DNA of 64,000 nt. Origin: an uncultured Alphaproteobacteria bacterium. GTDB taxonomy: Bacteria; Pseudomonadota; Alphaproteobacteria; RF32; CAG-239. Position 1 is the first letter of the stretch, and each line of letters begins with the position of its first letter. The stretch covers positions 14,096 to 78,095 of the forward strand of contig CALXZJ010000001.1 in NCBI GenBank assembly GCA_944393235.1, given 5' to 3'. Below, one piece after another: positions 47,592 through 57,853 of the stretch. The notes beneath the pieces are model-generated. The model had not been told where the DNA came from. It saw nothing but the letters and a program-made list of their open reading frames with translations, and made no database searches. The translations under genes were made by a program, and so were the position numbers.

Positions 47592-48347
47592 TTATTCCTG
47601 TTCCAATTGCGCCATCACCTCGTCGGCGATTTCCGCATTGTGATAAACGTGTTGCACGTCGTCATCTTCTTCCAACGCGTCAATAAATTCCAAAAACTTT
47701 TTCGCCGTTTCCAAATCGGTGATTTCGGTTTTAACCATCGGTTTCCAGTCCAAACGCGAAACCGAAGGCGTACCGAATTGTTTTTCCAACGCATCGGTAA
47801 CGGCTGACAAATCATCCGGCAAAGTTTCGATTTCATGAAATTCTTCATCTGAAACCACATCATTAGCACCGGCTTCCAAAGCCGCCTCAAACATTTTATC
47901 AGCTTCTGCTGCCGCCGCCGGATATTGAATATGGCCGATTCGTTCAAAATTAAACGTCACCGAACCACTTTCACCCATCGCACCGCCACGCTTACCGAAA
48001 ATCGTGCGGACATTGCCGGCTGTACGGTTTTTATTATCAGTCAAAGCTTCAACAATAACAGCGGCTTTGTTGGGCGCATAACCTTCATAACGCATGCTGA
48101 CAAAATCAGCGCCGCCGGCAGTTTGCGTAGCTTTGGCAATAGCACGTTCAATATTGTCTTTGGGCATACTTTCCGCACGTGCGGCTTGAATCGCCAGACG
48201 CAAGCGCGGGTTTTTATCAGGCTCCGGCAAGCCGCTTTTGGCAGCCACCGTAATTTCTCGAGCCAATTTGGCAAACACACGGGCTTTTTTGGCGTCTTGT
48301 GCGCCTTTACGATACATAATATTTTTAAACTGCGAATGTCCGGACAT
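47592..48347 (-). CDS. yebC: YebC/PmpR family DNA-binding transcriptional regulator
   Basis: MSGHSQFKNIMYRKGAQDAKK N-terminus. Conserved yebC-ruvC adjacency. Confidence 0.9.
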   Translation of the reverse strand: MSGHSQFKNIMYRKGAQDAKKARVFAKLAREITVAAKSGLPEPDKNPRLRLAIQAARAESMPKDNIERAIAKATQTAGGADFVSMRYEGYAPNKAAVIVEALTDNKNRTAGNVRTIFGKRGGAMGESGSVTFNFERIGHIQYPAAAAEADKMFEAALEAGANDVVSDEEFHEIETLPDDLSAVTDALEKQFGTPSVSRLDWKPMVKTEITDLETAKKFLEFIDALEEDDDVQHVYHNAEIADEVMAQLEQE

Positions 48348-48462
48348 TTTTCATATTCTCCTAAAAAACTGTTCTTTGTAAGCTGCTTATAAACCATGAC
48401 ATTGTTTTCGGCAACATTTTTTTTCATGCAAAACAAAAAAATTATTTTCCGCCACATCATCC

Positions 48463-48680
48463 ACAACCCAACCTCATCACCCCATGAGGATACGTCAACC
48501 CCTAACATCCTCACCCCACGAGGATACATTAGCATCCGAGTTTAGGGGTCTCCCAAAGGACGCCTTAATCGCCACGTAATAGCGCGTCGGTGGCGTGACA
48601 GCACAAAACGTCATGCCACTGCCGAGCACTGCTCGGCAGTTTAGGCATCTCTTCCCTTGTGCGTGCAACAGCCGCCCTGC
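48463..48680. repeat. modular palindromic repeat array B (downstream of pilin-like gene 2)
   Basis: CCTCATCACCCCATGAGG and CCTCACCCCACGAGG hairpins. GAGTTTAGGGGTCTCCC at 48538..48554. Palindrome CTGCCGAGCA-C-TGCTCGGCAG at 48619..48639. GGCATCTCTTCCC and TGTGCGTGCAACAG. Same modules as array A in a different order. Confidence 0.75.
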
Positions 48681-48742
48681 GTAATAAAAATAGAACCGGC
48701 AAGCCGCCCCTAAAATTAACTTATTTGCCTTTTTTAACAACA

Positions 48743-48772
48743 AAAGACTCCCTTGCAAAAAGGGAGTCTTTT
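48743..48772 (-). terminator. rho-independent terminator 28 nt downstream of pilin-like gene 2
   Basis: 11-bp stem AAAGACTCCCT / AGGGAGTCTTT with a 7-nt loop and flanking T-rich sequence. Confidence 0.6.
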
Positions 48773-48799
48773 GTTTCGGTAAAAACCTAACCAATCGGC

Positions 48800-49456
48800 T
48801 TAGTAGTATTTCCAAGCCACCACATTGGTAGAACCATCACCATTACAAGCAGCAACGGCATTGGTAATTGTCATCGGTGTCGGGTAAGTAGCATCACCCG
48901 GAATAGCTATTGCCGCAGTACCAGTGCTACCGGAAGTATAAATTGTATCCAACGCGGTACCAACACTTGACAATTCACCGGCTTCCGCATTTTCATCAGC
49001 ACCGGCAGTAATAGCAATCAAACCGGAACCTTGACCGGAACCCCAGTCACCGGTGGCAACCGTCACACAAGCTTCAGATGTCAAGCCGGCATATTCGATA
49101 ATGAAAGCTTCATCAGCCTGACCAGCACGAGCCGGAGAAGCTTCAATTGTCACTGCACCGTTAAAAGCATTGTGCATGCTCAAACCACCTGAAGAACCGG
49201 CTTCATACATATCTTCCGGAACCACACCGAATTTAACCGCTGCACTATTGTCCAAACCGTCATAATTGCCCTGTGAAGAGAACAATGTACGGATGTTGGC
49301 AACCAGCATGGAAACTTGGTCTGTTGTTTTGTTGATTTTATATTTGTTCATGGCTTTGGAATAACCGGCAATACCACCAACCGACAGAACGCCGATAATG
49401 GCCAGAACGCCTAACATTTCGACCATCGAACGGCCGTTTTCATTAATATGTTTCAT
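48800..49456 (-). CDS. type IV pilin-like protein (prepilin-type N-terminus), paralog 2
   Basis: First ~65 codons nearly identical at the nucleotide level to 20664..21320. Conserved EAFIIEYAGL...TGDWGSGQ and C-terminal VAWKYY blocks are separated by divergent segments. Confidence 0.7.
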   Translation of the reverse strand: MKHINENGRSMVEMLGVLAIIGVLSVGGIAGYSKAMNKYKINKTTDQVSMLVANIRTLFSSQGNYDGLDNSAAVKFGVVPEDMYEAGSSGGLSMHNAFNGAVTIEASPARAGQADEAFIIEYAGLTSEACVTVATGDWGSGQGSGLIAITAGADENAEAGELSSVGTALDTIYTSGSTGTAAIAIPGDATYPTPMTITNAVAACNGDGSTNVVAWKYY

Positions 49457-49730
49457 AATATTTTCCCCTAAAAAAATATTTCTGTTTACACTTTACATTA
49501 AAAACTATACTGCAAAACATCAATCCCGGCAAGCCTATCTTTAGTCATAAAGAAAGATATATAACCTTATTATCTGGATTAACCCACACAGTACATACCA
49601 AACTGAACATAGTCTTAACTTTCTTAAAAAAGCTTTAATTTTATCTGACTTTTTAAGACAACGGACTTGACTTAAACGCTTAATGTTATACTATCCTGCC
49701 ATACTTGAGATAAATAATTAAGGAGCAAAA

Positions 49731-50531
49731 ATGACTTTTGAAGAACTCGGTTTGAGCGAACAAACCATTAAAGCCATCAAAGAACTTGGCTTTGAATGCC
49801 CGACCACCGTACAAAAAGATGTTATCCCCTCTGTTTTATCCGGCAAAGATATATTTGCCATTGCCCCCGGTCGTTGCGGCAAAACCTGTTCTTATGTTTT
49901 TCCGCTTATAGACATCATCTCCCGCAAACAAGGGCAAAATATCTTGATTATAACTGCCGATTCCAAACAATCGGTTATTGTTTCTGACCGCTTGGCAATC
50001 TTCAATAAATATCACGAAATTAATGAAGAAACTCTGCAGGAAAATACCCAAGACATCAACAATGAAGCCAATGTGATTATTGCCGCACCGGATTTGCTTT
50101 TAGACATTGCCGCCGAAGGCAAAATCGACCTTTCCAAAATCAACATTTTGGTAGTTGATGATATCAATCTCATTAAAAAGAAACACCAATTGTCAAACTT
50201 AGAAAAAGTGTTAGAAATGCTCCCGGCTGAAAAACAAAACATTGTTTTTACCAACCGCCGCTCCAAAGAAACACAAGATATTTTAGATAAAATATTAAAA
50301 ACCCCGGCAGAAATCAAAGTTGACCGTGCCAAAGAAGATGAAGCTTCTTTTGAAGTTTCTGCCGCCGACAAAACAAAAACAGCAGACAAACAAACTGTTC
50401 CAACCCCGACAGCACCCAAACCACAGGTTGATCAAGAAGCTGTCAGCTTAATGAACCAATATAAAACTTTTGGTGATAAAACACCTGCTTTTCTGCTGGT
50501 AAAATGCGAGCTGGCACAAAACGAAAATTAA
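49731..50531 (+). CDS. DEAD-box helicase-like protein, degenerate (RecA-like domain 1 only, low-complexity C-terminus)
   Basis: Q-motif/motif I-like region (PTTVQKDVIPSVLSGKDIFAIAPGRCGKT). DEAD replaced by VVDD. No second helicase domain. K/E/T/P-rich tail. AAGGAG RBS. Confidence 0.55.
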   Translation: MTFEELGLSEQTIKAIKELGFECPTTVQKDVIPSVLSGKDIFAIAPGRCGKTCSYVFPLIDIISRKQGQNILIITADSKQSVIVSDRLAIFNKYHEINEETLQENTQDINNEANVIIAAPDLLLDIAAEGKIDLSKINILVVDDINLIKKKHQLSNLEKVLEMLPAEKQNIVFTNRRSKETQDILDKILKTPAEIKVDRAKEDEASFEVSAADKTKTADKQTVPTPTAPKPQVDQEAVSLMNQYKTFGDKTPAFLLVKCELAQNEN

Positions 50532-50602
50532 TGACAACGCCCTGAAAAAAACGCCGTTATCCTAAAAGATAGCGGCATTTTTTTGTTTTGTTTTTTTAAA
50601 AA

Positions 50603-51004
50603 TTAATTCAATCGGGAACCGTTTTCATAACTCCCGATTAATTGAACCGCCGGAATTTTAATGTCTTTAACAAGATTTTGTTCTTCTTTGACGATTCGGC
50701 AGCTACCGTATAAAACCGCCATTGCCGATTTAACCGGTGCACTGCTGGCAAACTCAAAATATTCTCCCGGTTCAAGTTCCGGAATTTCCCCTTTAAATCC
50801 CGGCGCATTGTCGCAAAAGCTGTTGCCGCGATCGTCAGTAAAATTAAAATCTTTGCCTAATATCTGGATTTTTTCATCTGAATTATTTTCGATTCGCAAA
50901 TAATAACTGCAGCTGTCTGCCTCATCTTCTTCCAAAAAAGCCTGACAAGCCGAAATCACAATATCATCGGTTTGCGCCGTCACATATTCTATATCAAAAT
51001 CCAT
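50603..51004 (-). CDS. apaG: ApaG (DUF525) domain protein
   Basis: About 130 aa. YYLRIENNSDEKIQILGKDFNFTDDRGN...GEIPELEPGEYFEF fits the ApaG pattern. AAGGA RBS. Confidence 0.6.
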   Translation of the reverse strand: MDFDIEYVTAQTDDIVISACQAFLEEDEADSCSYYLRIENNSDEKIQILGKDFNFTDDRGNSFCDNAPGFKGEIPELEPGEYFEFASSAPVKSAMAVLYGSCRIVKEEQNLVKDIKIPAVQLIGSYENGSRLN

Positions 51005-51154
51005 GGCATAATTCCTTCATCACAATTAAGCTTTGTGTTAACTATTAATTAACTTTTTATGATTCGCAACCACCGAAACATTTTGTTCACAATTTTATAC
51101 ACAACAAAAAACGGAGCTGTTTAAGCCCCGTTTTTTGTTATATTTTTTGCGTTT

Positions 51155-51517
51155 TTATACCCGTCCATAGACGTCTTCAAAACGGACGATATCATTTTCA
51201 TCCAAGTTATCGCCGGTCTGAATTTCAATAAAAACCACATCAGATTTACCATCATTCTGGATTCGGTGTTTTGTTTCTGCCGGAATATAAACCGATTCGT
51301 TTGCTTTGCGGACAAATTTTTCTTCGCCCAAAGTCACCACGGCTTCGCCACAAACAATAATCCAATGTTCGGCGCGATAATGATGCATTTGCAAAGACAG
51401 TTTCCCGCCGGGGATAACACATATCTTTTTAACGCAATAACTTTCGCCGGCTTCCAAAACTTCCCACGTTCCCCACGGACGTGTATCCTTACTACCTTTT
51501 TTATATTTATTTTCCAT
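51155..51517 (-). CDS. cupin domain protein (mannose-6-phosphate isomerase type II C-terminal-like)
   Basis: Cupin motifs G(X)5HxH(X)3,4E (MHHYRAEHW) and a second His motif (PAETKHR). Confidence 0.6.
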   Translation of the reverse strand: MENKYKKGSKDTRPWGTWEVLEAGESYCVKKICVIPGGKLSLQMHHYRAEHWIIVCGEAVVTLGEEKFVRKANESVYIPAETKHRIQNDGKSDVVFIEIQTGDNLDENDIVRFEDVYGRV

Positions 51518-51661
51518 CTCAATAATACGTTAATTATGTTAAAACCAATTTAGACTATATTCTTTTTTGTCTTTAAAATCAAGGTAAAAACAAAGTTTGC
51601 ACTTGATGAAAATAAATATAAATAATATAAAGGAAGAAACAAAATTAAAACGGGAAAAAAC

Positions 51662-53890
51662 ATGCAGACAAATGCGGCAAACAAAGCAATGGATATTCTC
51701 AAACGGATTCAACAAGCCGTTTCTGAAAATGACGAACCTGCCGTCAAGCTTGAAAACACCATGCACATTCTAACCGAAAGTTTTGCTTCTGATGCAGCCG
51801 TTTGTTATGTAACCGTTGATGACAACTACCTTGAGCTTTTAAGCCAATATGGCGCTTCTGCAGATGCCTTCAAACGCAACATTCGTTATGGCGAAGGGTT
51901 TGCCGGCAACATTGCCGCCAGTCGGCGCTCACTGTTTCGGGTAGATAAAGGCAATCACCTGTATCAAGCCACGCTTGGCGTGCCGCTTTTGCGCTGGAAC
52001 CGTACCGCCGGCATTATCATAATTGCTCACAAACAAGCATATCAATATACCCAAACAGAAGTCGAAACACTCGAAACGGTTGCTTTGTTCTTAACGGCAA
52101 CACTTTCCAGTGAAGAAATGATTAATTATAAAAAGAAATTAATCAAATCACGCGGCTTAAATTTAAAAGACCGGCTAAAAGGCGTCATCTTAAACAAAGG
52201 CTACGGCGTCGGCAATGCCGTTGTTCATCAGCGCCGCCAAGCCCTAACCAAAATCTTTGCTGAAGACAAAGCCAAAGAACTGGCGCGCTTAGAAGACGCT
52301 AAAGAACGCATGAATAAAAGCTTGGATGAAAAATTTAATACCACCCGTTTAGGCTTAGGCGAACACACCGACATTCTGGAAACTTACCGCATGTTTGCCC
52401 GCGACAAAGGTTGGTATCAAAAAATTTCTGATAACATAGAAAACGGTTTAACAGCAGAAGCCGCCGTTGAACGCGCTTATGAAGACGCATGGAACCGCCT
52501 TTCCGGCAGCAGCGACATATATTTAAAAGAACGCCTGCATGACTTGCGCGATGTTGCTGATCGGCTGCGCTTATTTTTAAGCGGCGATAATGAAAAGATT
52601 AATCCGGAACAAACCAATGATGACATTATCATTGTTGCTCAAACCATGGGACCGGCAGATTTAATGGATTACGACTATAAAAAAATCCGCGGATTAATTA
52701 TTGAAGACGGCACGCCGACCATGCATGTTTCTATTGTTGCCAAAGCCTTAAACATTCCGGTCATTGCCAAAATCCGCGGCATTTTTAAAGACGTTAAAGA
52801 AGGCGAAAGGCTGGCATTGGACGGACAAGAAGGCTATGTTTATATCAATCCTGCCGACGATATCGTCCAAAAATTCAAATCCCGCCAAAAAAACATGGCG
52901 CTTTTACTGGAGCAGCTGCAAAAACTAAAACGTTTTCCAAACAAAAGTTTAGACGGCGTTAAAATCAATTTAAGCATCAACGTCGGTCTTGATTTTGATT
53001 TTGATTATCTCGATTCGACCAAATGCGACGGCGTCGGCTTGTACCGTACTGAAATCCCATTTATGTCATCTGAAAAAATGCCGGGCGTACAAGATCAGGT
53101 TGAATTTTATAAACGTTTGCTGGAAAAAGCCGGACGAAAAAAAGTTATTTTCCGTAGCCTGGACGTCGGCTCTGACAAACTTTTGCCATACTGGAACGAT
53201 ATGAAAGAAGATAACCCTGCCATTGGCTGGCGTTCCATTCGTATCACACTTGACCGCCGCGCCATTTTACGCCAACAAATGAAAGCTTTTTTAAAAGCCG
53301 CCGCGGGTGTTGAACTCAATGTTATGTTTCCGATGATTGCTAGTTTGGAAGAATTTCTAGAAGCCAAAGAAACACTGCTTTTAGAGCTCGAAAAAGAAAA
53401 ACGCCGCGGCGAAGAAGTCCCCAAAAAAGTCAATGTAGGTTTAATGATTGAAGTTCCTTCCATTATCTTTCAGCTTGATGACGTTTTAAAAGAGGCTGAT
53501 TTCATATCTGTCGGCACCAACGATTTAGCACAGTTTATTTTTGCCTGCGACCGTGGCAACCCGCGCTTGAGTGATCGCTATGACGTATTATCGGCACCGT
53601 TTTTAAGAGTAATGCGCGAAATCGTCAAAAAAGCGGACAAAGCCGGTGTTTTATGTTCGGTTTGCGGCGAAATGGCAAGCAATCCTGTTGAAGCTATGGC
53701 TCTTATCGGCTTAGGCTTTCGCCGATTATCCGTTGCCGGTTCTGCCTATGGCAACGTCAAAAGCATGATTCGTTCGTTGCAGGTTCAAGATATCACCGAT
53801 TACGTGCAAACACTGCTTAAATCACCTAAAAGGACATTGCGACCACAATTATTAGCATATGCTTGCGATCATGGTATTGCAATCTCATAA
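51662..53890 (+). CDS. ptsP: phosphoenolpyruvate--protein phosphotransferase PtsP (GAF-domain enzyme I-Ntr)
   Basis: N-terminal GAF domain plus enzyme I PEP-utilising domains. Catalytic His region GLYRTE. 742 aa. Confidence 0.9.
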   Translation: MQTNAANKAMDILKRIQQAVSENDEPAVKLENTMHILTESFASDAAVCYVTVDDNYLELLSQYGASADAFKRNIRYGEGFAGNIAASRRSLFRVDKGNHLYQATLGVPLLRWNRTAGIIIIAHKQAYQYTQTEVETLETVALFLTATLSSEEMINYKKKLIKSRGLNLKDRLKGVILNKGYGVGNAVVHQRRQALTKIFAEDKAKELARLEDAKERMNKSLDEKFNTTRLGLGEHTDILETYRMFARDKGWYQKISDNIENGLTAEAAVERAYEDAWNRLSGSSDIYLKERLHDLRDVADRLRLFLSGDNEKINPEQTNDDIIIVAQTMGPADLMDYDYKKIRGLIIEDGTPTMHVSIVAKALNIPVIAKIRGIFKDVKEGERLALDGQEGYVYINPADDIVQKFKSRQKNMALLLEQLQKLKRFPNKSLDGVKINLSINVGLDFDFDYLDSTKCDGVGLYRTEIPFMSSEKMPGVQDQVEFYKRLLEKAGRKKVIFRSLDVGSDKLLPYWNDMKEDNPAIGWRSIRITLDRRAILRQQMKAFLKAAAGVELNVMFPMIASLEEFLEAKETLLLELEKEKRRGEEVPKKVNVGLMIEVPSIIFQLDDVLKEADFISVGTNDLAQFIFACDRGNPRLSDRYDVLSAPFLRVMREIVKKADKAGVLCSVCGEMASNPVEAMALIGLGFRRLSVAGSAYGNVKSMIRSLQVQDITDYVQTLLKSPKRTLRPQLLAYACDHGIAIS

Positions 53891-53937
53891 TTTTTATGCT
53901 TAAATACTAAAAATTTTAAAATTTAAGGACAACCGCA

Positions 53938-54864
53938 TTGGAAAAACAAAACGATACACCGGAAACAAATTTTGAAAATGCCGCTTCTGTCGGGGCTTCT
54001 TTAAAACGTGCACGGCTGGCTCAAAAAAAGACATTAGACATTGTCAGCAAAGCGCTATGCATTCGTAAAATTTATATTAAAGCCATAGAAGAAAACAACT
54101 ATGATGAACTGCACCCCGTCCCGTATGGCATTGGTTTTGTGCGCTCATATGCCGAATATTTAGGTTTAAACAGTGAGCCTATCGTCCAACGCTACAAAGA
54201 AGAAGCTATGCCGCAAAAGAAGGAAGAAAGTTCAAAAAACACCTCCGTATCTTCCCACAAAATTGTAACCATGCCCAATCGGCGGCAAATTTTAATTGGT
54301 ATTTTTATCATTTTCGGCATCTACTTAATATGGCTGCTTTCCTATTGCCAAACAGAAACCGAAATGGAACAAACAAATTTACAGACCATCAAAACCGTAG
54401 AAACACCAACAGATACAGAAAAAGATTTTCCTTTGCCGGAATTGCCGATTTTAACCATACCTGATAAAAATTCCACCATAACTGAAGATGTTGCGACAGA
54501 TGCTGAAACATCCGCCCCAACCACAGAAGATACAAATGAAAATTCTGCCCAAATATCACAAATAAAAATAACTGAAGAAAGTTACGACGATACATCAATA
54601 AAAGCAAATTTGCCGGAAACAAATTCCAGAGTCGTGGTTAAATTTAAAGGTGAATCATGGCTTGAAATTCGCGACGACAAAAAAATCTACATTACTGGCA
54701 TTTTTGAAAAAGACTACGTTTATAACGTACCTGACCTGCCGGGGCTCAAGCTCTCTGTCGGGCGATACTACAATGTTGATATATACATTGACGGCAAGCT
54801 GACAACGGTTGCCCGTCCACGCAAGCAAACAAACATTGATTTAGATTCGTTTTTAAACCATTAG
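53938..54864 (+). CDS. rodZ: RodZ-like cytoskeleton protein (HTH, TM, DUF4115)
   Basis: XRE-type HTH, then a single TM (ILIGIFIIFGIYLIWLL), then a C-terminal DUF4115-like beta region. TTG start. Confidence 0.65.
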   Translation: MEKQNDTPETNFENAASVGASLKRARLAQKKTLDIVSKALCIRKIYIKAIEENNYDELHPVPYGIGFVRSYAEYLGLNSEPIVQRYKEEAMPQKKEESSKNTSVSSHKIVTMPNRRQILIGIFIIFGIYLIWLLSYCQTETEMEQTNLQTIKTVETPTDTEKDFPLPELPILTIPDKNSTITEDVATDAETSAPTTEDTNENSAQISQIKITEESYDDTSIKANLPETNSRVVVKFKGESWLEIRDDKKIYITGIFEKDYVYNVPDLPGLKLSVGRYYNVDIYIDGKLTTVARPRKQTNIDLDSFLNH

Positions 54865-54945
54865 ATTAATCAAAATTCAAGAGATGGCTCAGTTTTTGCT
54901 GCGCCGTTTCTTTGTTTAAATGATTAAAGAAGTTAGGAAAAAGAT

Positions 54946-56178
54946 ATGGAAAAATTACAAAATGTTCGCGGCACATATGACCTATACGGTACTGCCAAAA
55001 GAAAAGCCAAAAAAGTGATTGCAACAGCTTCAGAAGTTGTTGAAAAGTACGGTTTCGACGAAATTGAAACGCCGATTTTCGAATTTACCGAAGTTTTTGC
55101 GCGCAATTTAGGCGACACAACCGATATTGTCACCAAAGAAATGTACTGTTTTGAAGACCGCGGCGGCGAAAGCCTGACCCTGCGCCCCGAAGGTACGGCC
55201 GGTGTCGTCCGTTCATTTATCTCCGAAGGCATGCAACAAAACCTGCCGGTCAAATTATATTACGCCGGTCCGATGTTTCGCTATGAACGGCCGCAGAAAG
55301 GACGCCAACGCCAATTTACCCAATTTGGTGTGGAAATGCTCGGTGTAGCAAGTCCGCAAGCCGACATTGAAGTCATTGCCATGGCTTATGAATTTTTGGA
55401 AAATTTAGGGCTTGCCGGTGCCGTAACCGTTGAAATCAATTCTTTAGGCGATGCCGAAAGCCGCAAGGCATACCGTGAAAAGCTCGTCAATTATTTAAAA
55501 CAACATTATGACGAATTGTCGGAAGACAGCAAAAACCGGCTGGAGAAAAATCCGCTGCGCGTGCTGGATTCCAAAGAAGAATGCGATAAAAGAATTGTTG
55601 AAAACGCACCGCTTTATGCCGACAGCTTAAACGAGACTTCCGCCGCTTTCTTTCAAGAGGTGTTAAAAGGTTTGGATTCGCTCGGCATTAAATATCGCGT
55701 TAACAACCGGTTGGTCAGAGGGCTGGATTACTATTCGCACACCGTTTTTGAACTGACAACCGATAAACTCGGCGCGCAAGGAACGGTTTTGGCCGGCGGT
55801 CGCTACGACGGTCTGGTTGCCCAAATGGGCGGCGGCGATGTTCCCGGTATCGGTTGGGCTTGCGGCGTGGAACGTTTGAGCATGCTTTTGGATAAAGATG
55901 TTGATTTACCTCGACCGATAACCGTCATACCGGTCGGTGACGATGCTCAAGAAGCAGCGCTCAAAATTGCTTATGATTTGCGTAAAGCCGGTTTCAGGGT
56001 TGAACACGGCTATTCCGGAAACCTAAAAAAACGGATGATAAAAGCTAACAAAGTCAATGCTTACAAAGCCGTCATCATCGGTTCGGAAGAATTAAACACA
56101 GGCTTTGTTACCGTTAAAGATCTGGACAGCGGCGAACAAAAAAGCATTAATCTGGAAAATCTGATTAAGGAAATTTAA
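54946..56178 (+). CDS. hisS: histidine--tRNA ligase
   Basis: Class II aaRS motifs ([24 protein letters not shown]) and an anticodon-binding domain. Confidence 0.95.
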   Translation: MEKLQNVRGTYDLYGTAKRKAKKVIATASEVVEKYGFDEIETPIFEFTEVFARNLGDTTDIVTKEMYCFEDRGGESLTLRPEGTAGVVRSFISEGMQQNLPVKLYYAGPMFRYERPQKGRQRQFTQFGVEMLGVASPQADIEVIAMAYEFLENLGLAGAVTVEINSLGDAESRKAYREKLVNYLKQHYDELSEDSKNRLEKNPLRVLDSKEECDKRIVENAPLYADSLNETSAAFFQEVLKGLDSLGIKYRVNNRLVRGLDYYSHTVFELTTDKLGAQGTVLAGGRYDGLVAQMGGGDVPGIGWACGVERLSMLLDKDVDLPRPITVIPVGDDAQEAALKIAYDLRKAGFRVEHGYSGNLKKRMIKANKVNAYKAVIIGSEELNTGFVTVKDLDSGEQKSINLENLIKEI

Positions 56179-56179
56179 A

Positions 56180-57250
56180 ATGAATTTTGAAGAAAAACTA
56201 GATGGCGTTGTCCGCCGCCATGAAGAAATTGAAGCTCTTCTTGCCGCCGGCGCCGGCGGTGAAGAATTGGTCAAACTCAACAAAGAGTTTGCCACCCTGT
56301 CCCCAATTGTCGAAGCCATCAAAAAATACCAAAAATGCTCTCAAGATGCCGAAGACGCCAAGCAAATGATGGAAGATACTTCCCTAGATAAAGAAATGCG
56401 CGACATGGCAGAAATCGAATATTACGAACTCAAAGAGCAACTCCCGAAAATGGAACACGAAATCAAAATTTTACTGCTGCCAAAATCAGAAGACGATGAA
56501 AAAAATGCCATTTTGGAAGTTCGTGCCGGCACCGGCGGCGACGAGGCTGCCTTATTTGCCGCCGTCTTATTTGAAATGTACCAACGTTATAGCCAAAAAC
56601 AAGGCTGGAAATTTGAAGTGATTGACGCCAATGAAAATGGCTTAGGCGGTTATAAAGAGGCATCAGCCAAAATCACCGGCAAAGATGTATTTGCCAAGCT
56701 CAAGTTTGAATCCGGCGCTCATCGCGTTCAACGTGTTCCGGTAACCGAATCTCAAGGACGCGTTCACACCTCGGCGGCAACCGTTGCTGTTCTGCCTGAA
56801 ATTGAAGAAGTCGATTTATACATCAATCCGGCAGATTTAAAAATTGACGTATATCGCGCATCGGGTGCCGGCGGACAACACGTTAACCGAACGGAATCAG
56901 CCGTACGCATCACCCATATTCCAACCGGAATTGTTGTACAATGCCAAGACGACCGTTCGCAATACAAAAACAAAGAAAAAGCCATGAATCACTTGCGTGC
57001 CAAACTGTACGATATGCAAAAAGAGGCTATCGACAGCAATTATTCCGAAAAACGCAAAGCTATGATTGGCTCCGGCGACCGCAGTGAACGTATCCGCACT
57101 TATAACTATCCGCAAGGACGCGTTACCGACCACCGCATTAACTTAACTTTATATAAATTAGATGAAGTTGTATCCGGTGAAGCTTTGGGTGAAATTATTG
57201 ATGCCCTTATAACCGAAGACCAAGCACAGCGTTTAGCAGAATTAGAATAA
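56180..57250 (+). CDS. prfA: peptide chain release factor 1
   Basis: GGQ motif (SGAGGQHVN). RF1-type PxT tripeptide (PVT). Confidence 0.9.
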   Translation: MNFEEKLDGVVRRHEEIEALLAAGAGGEELVKLNKEFATLSPIVEAIKKYQKCSQDAEDAKQMMEDTSLDKEMRDMAEIEYYELKEQLPKMEHEIKILLLPKSEDDEKNAILEVRAGTGGDEAALFAAVLFEMYQRYSQKQGWKFEVIDANENGLGGYKEASAKITGKDVFAKLKFESGAHRVQRVPVTESQGRVHTSAATVAVLPEIEEVDLYINPADLKIDVYRASGAGGQHVNRTESAVRITHIPTGIVVQCQDDRSQYKNKEKAMNHLRAKLYDMQKEAIDSNYSEKRKAMIGSGDRSERIRTYNYPQGRVTDHRINLTLYKLDEVVSGEALGEIIDALITEDQAQRLAELE

Positions 57251-57305
57251 TTTCCGGTTCTAACCTCAACCCCCGCTCTTTTAACAAGAGCGGGGTTTTA
57301 AGTTA

Positions 57306-57557
57306 TTAATTATCAATAACATCTTCAAAGCGGATAACGACACGTTTTTCAAACGCAGCGGCGATGAGATACAGATAATATAAATCAAGATACCCTTTAC
57401 CGATTTCCCAACGTTCAATGATTATCGGCGGAACGTTCGCTTTATGACTTAAAACATCCAAACTTATTCTATGCTGTCGGCGCAATTCGTATATTTGCTG
57501 CCCGATTTCCCGAATGGTTTGTTTGCGGTTTTTAATTGAAGTTTTTTTATCAAGCAT
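57306..57557 (-). CDS. XRE family helix-turn-helix protein
   Basis: AAGGAG RBS. HTH LRRQHRISLDVLSHKANVPPIIIERWEIG. Confidence 0.6.
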   Translation of the reverse strand: MLDKKTSIKNRKQTIREIGQQIYELRRQHRISLDVLSHKANVPPIIIERWEIGKGYLDLYYLYLIAAAFEKRVVIRFEDVIDN

Positions 57558-57803
57558 TTTTATAAGCTCCTTTTTTGTTAAATTAAAACAAAACCGCTTT
57601 GAAAAATTCCAAAGCGGGGAGCCGTAAAACTGTAACTACTCAGTCCTCGTTATTCGTGCATAGCCTTATTTCCGAGACTCCCCTAGAAAGGAGTTTTGTA
57701 GTTAAGATGTCTTATGGACACCACCGCCAACCGGCGACATGACTTATATTAAAGAAAACCACATATTTTTCAAGGATAAAGTATAATCTAAATTTTAAAA
57801 TAT

Positions 57804-57830
57804 TAAAAAAACCGGCACAACGCCGGTTTT
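57804..57830. terminator. rho-independent terminator after gpsA
   Basis: A7-CCGGC-ACAAC-GCCGG-T4. Confidence 0.6.
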
Positions 57831-57853
57831 CCCATACTTAAAAACAAAAAGTA

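Noticed and set aside
49457-49540. Sigma54 (-24/-12) promoter upstream of pilin-like gene 2, as is common for type IV pilins
   Set aside because: The only GG...GC pair upstream (GGATTGATGTTTTGCA) has the wrong spacing by 1 nt and lacks the TGGCAC core. Not supported.
57617-57690. tRNA-like fold (GGGGAG...CTCCCC pairing enclosing about 73 nt)
   Set aside because: No T-loop GTTCRA motif and no D-arm or anticodon-arm geometry could be built. It is kept only as a generic structured-RNA candidate.
57590-57760. tmRNA (ssrA) in the hisS-prfA-gpsA neighbourhood
   Set aside because: No alanine-ending tag reading frame and no tRNA-like acceptor/T-arm (GGTTCGA...CCA) could be found on either strand.
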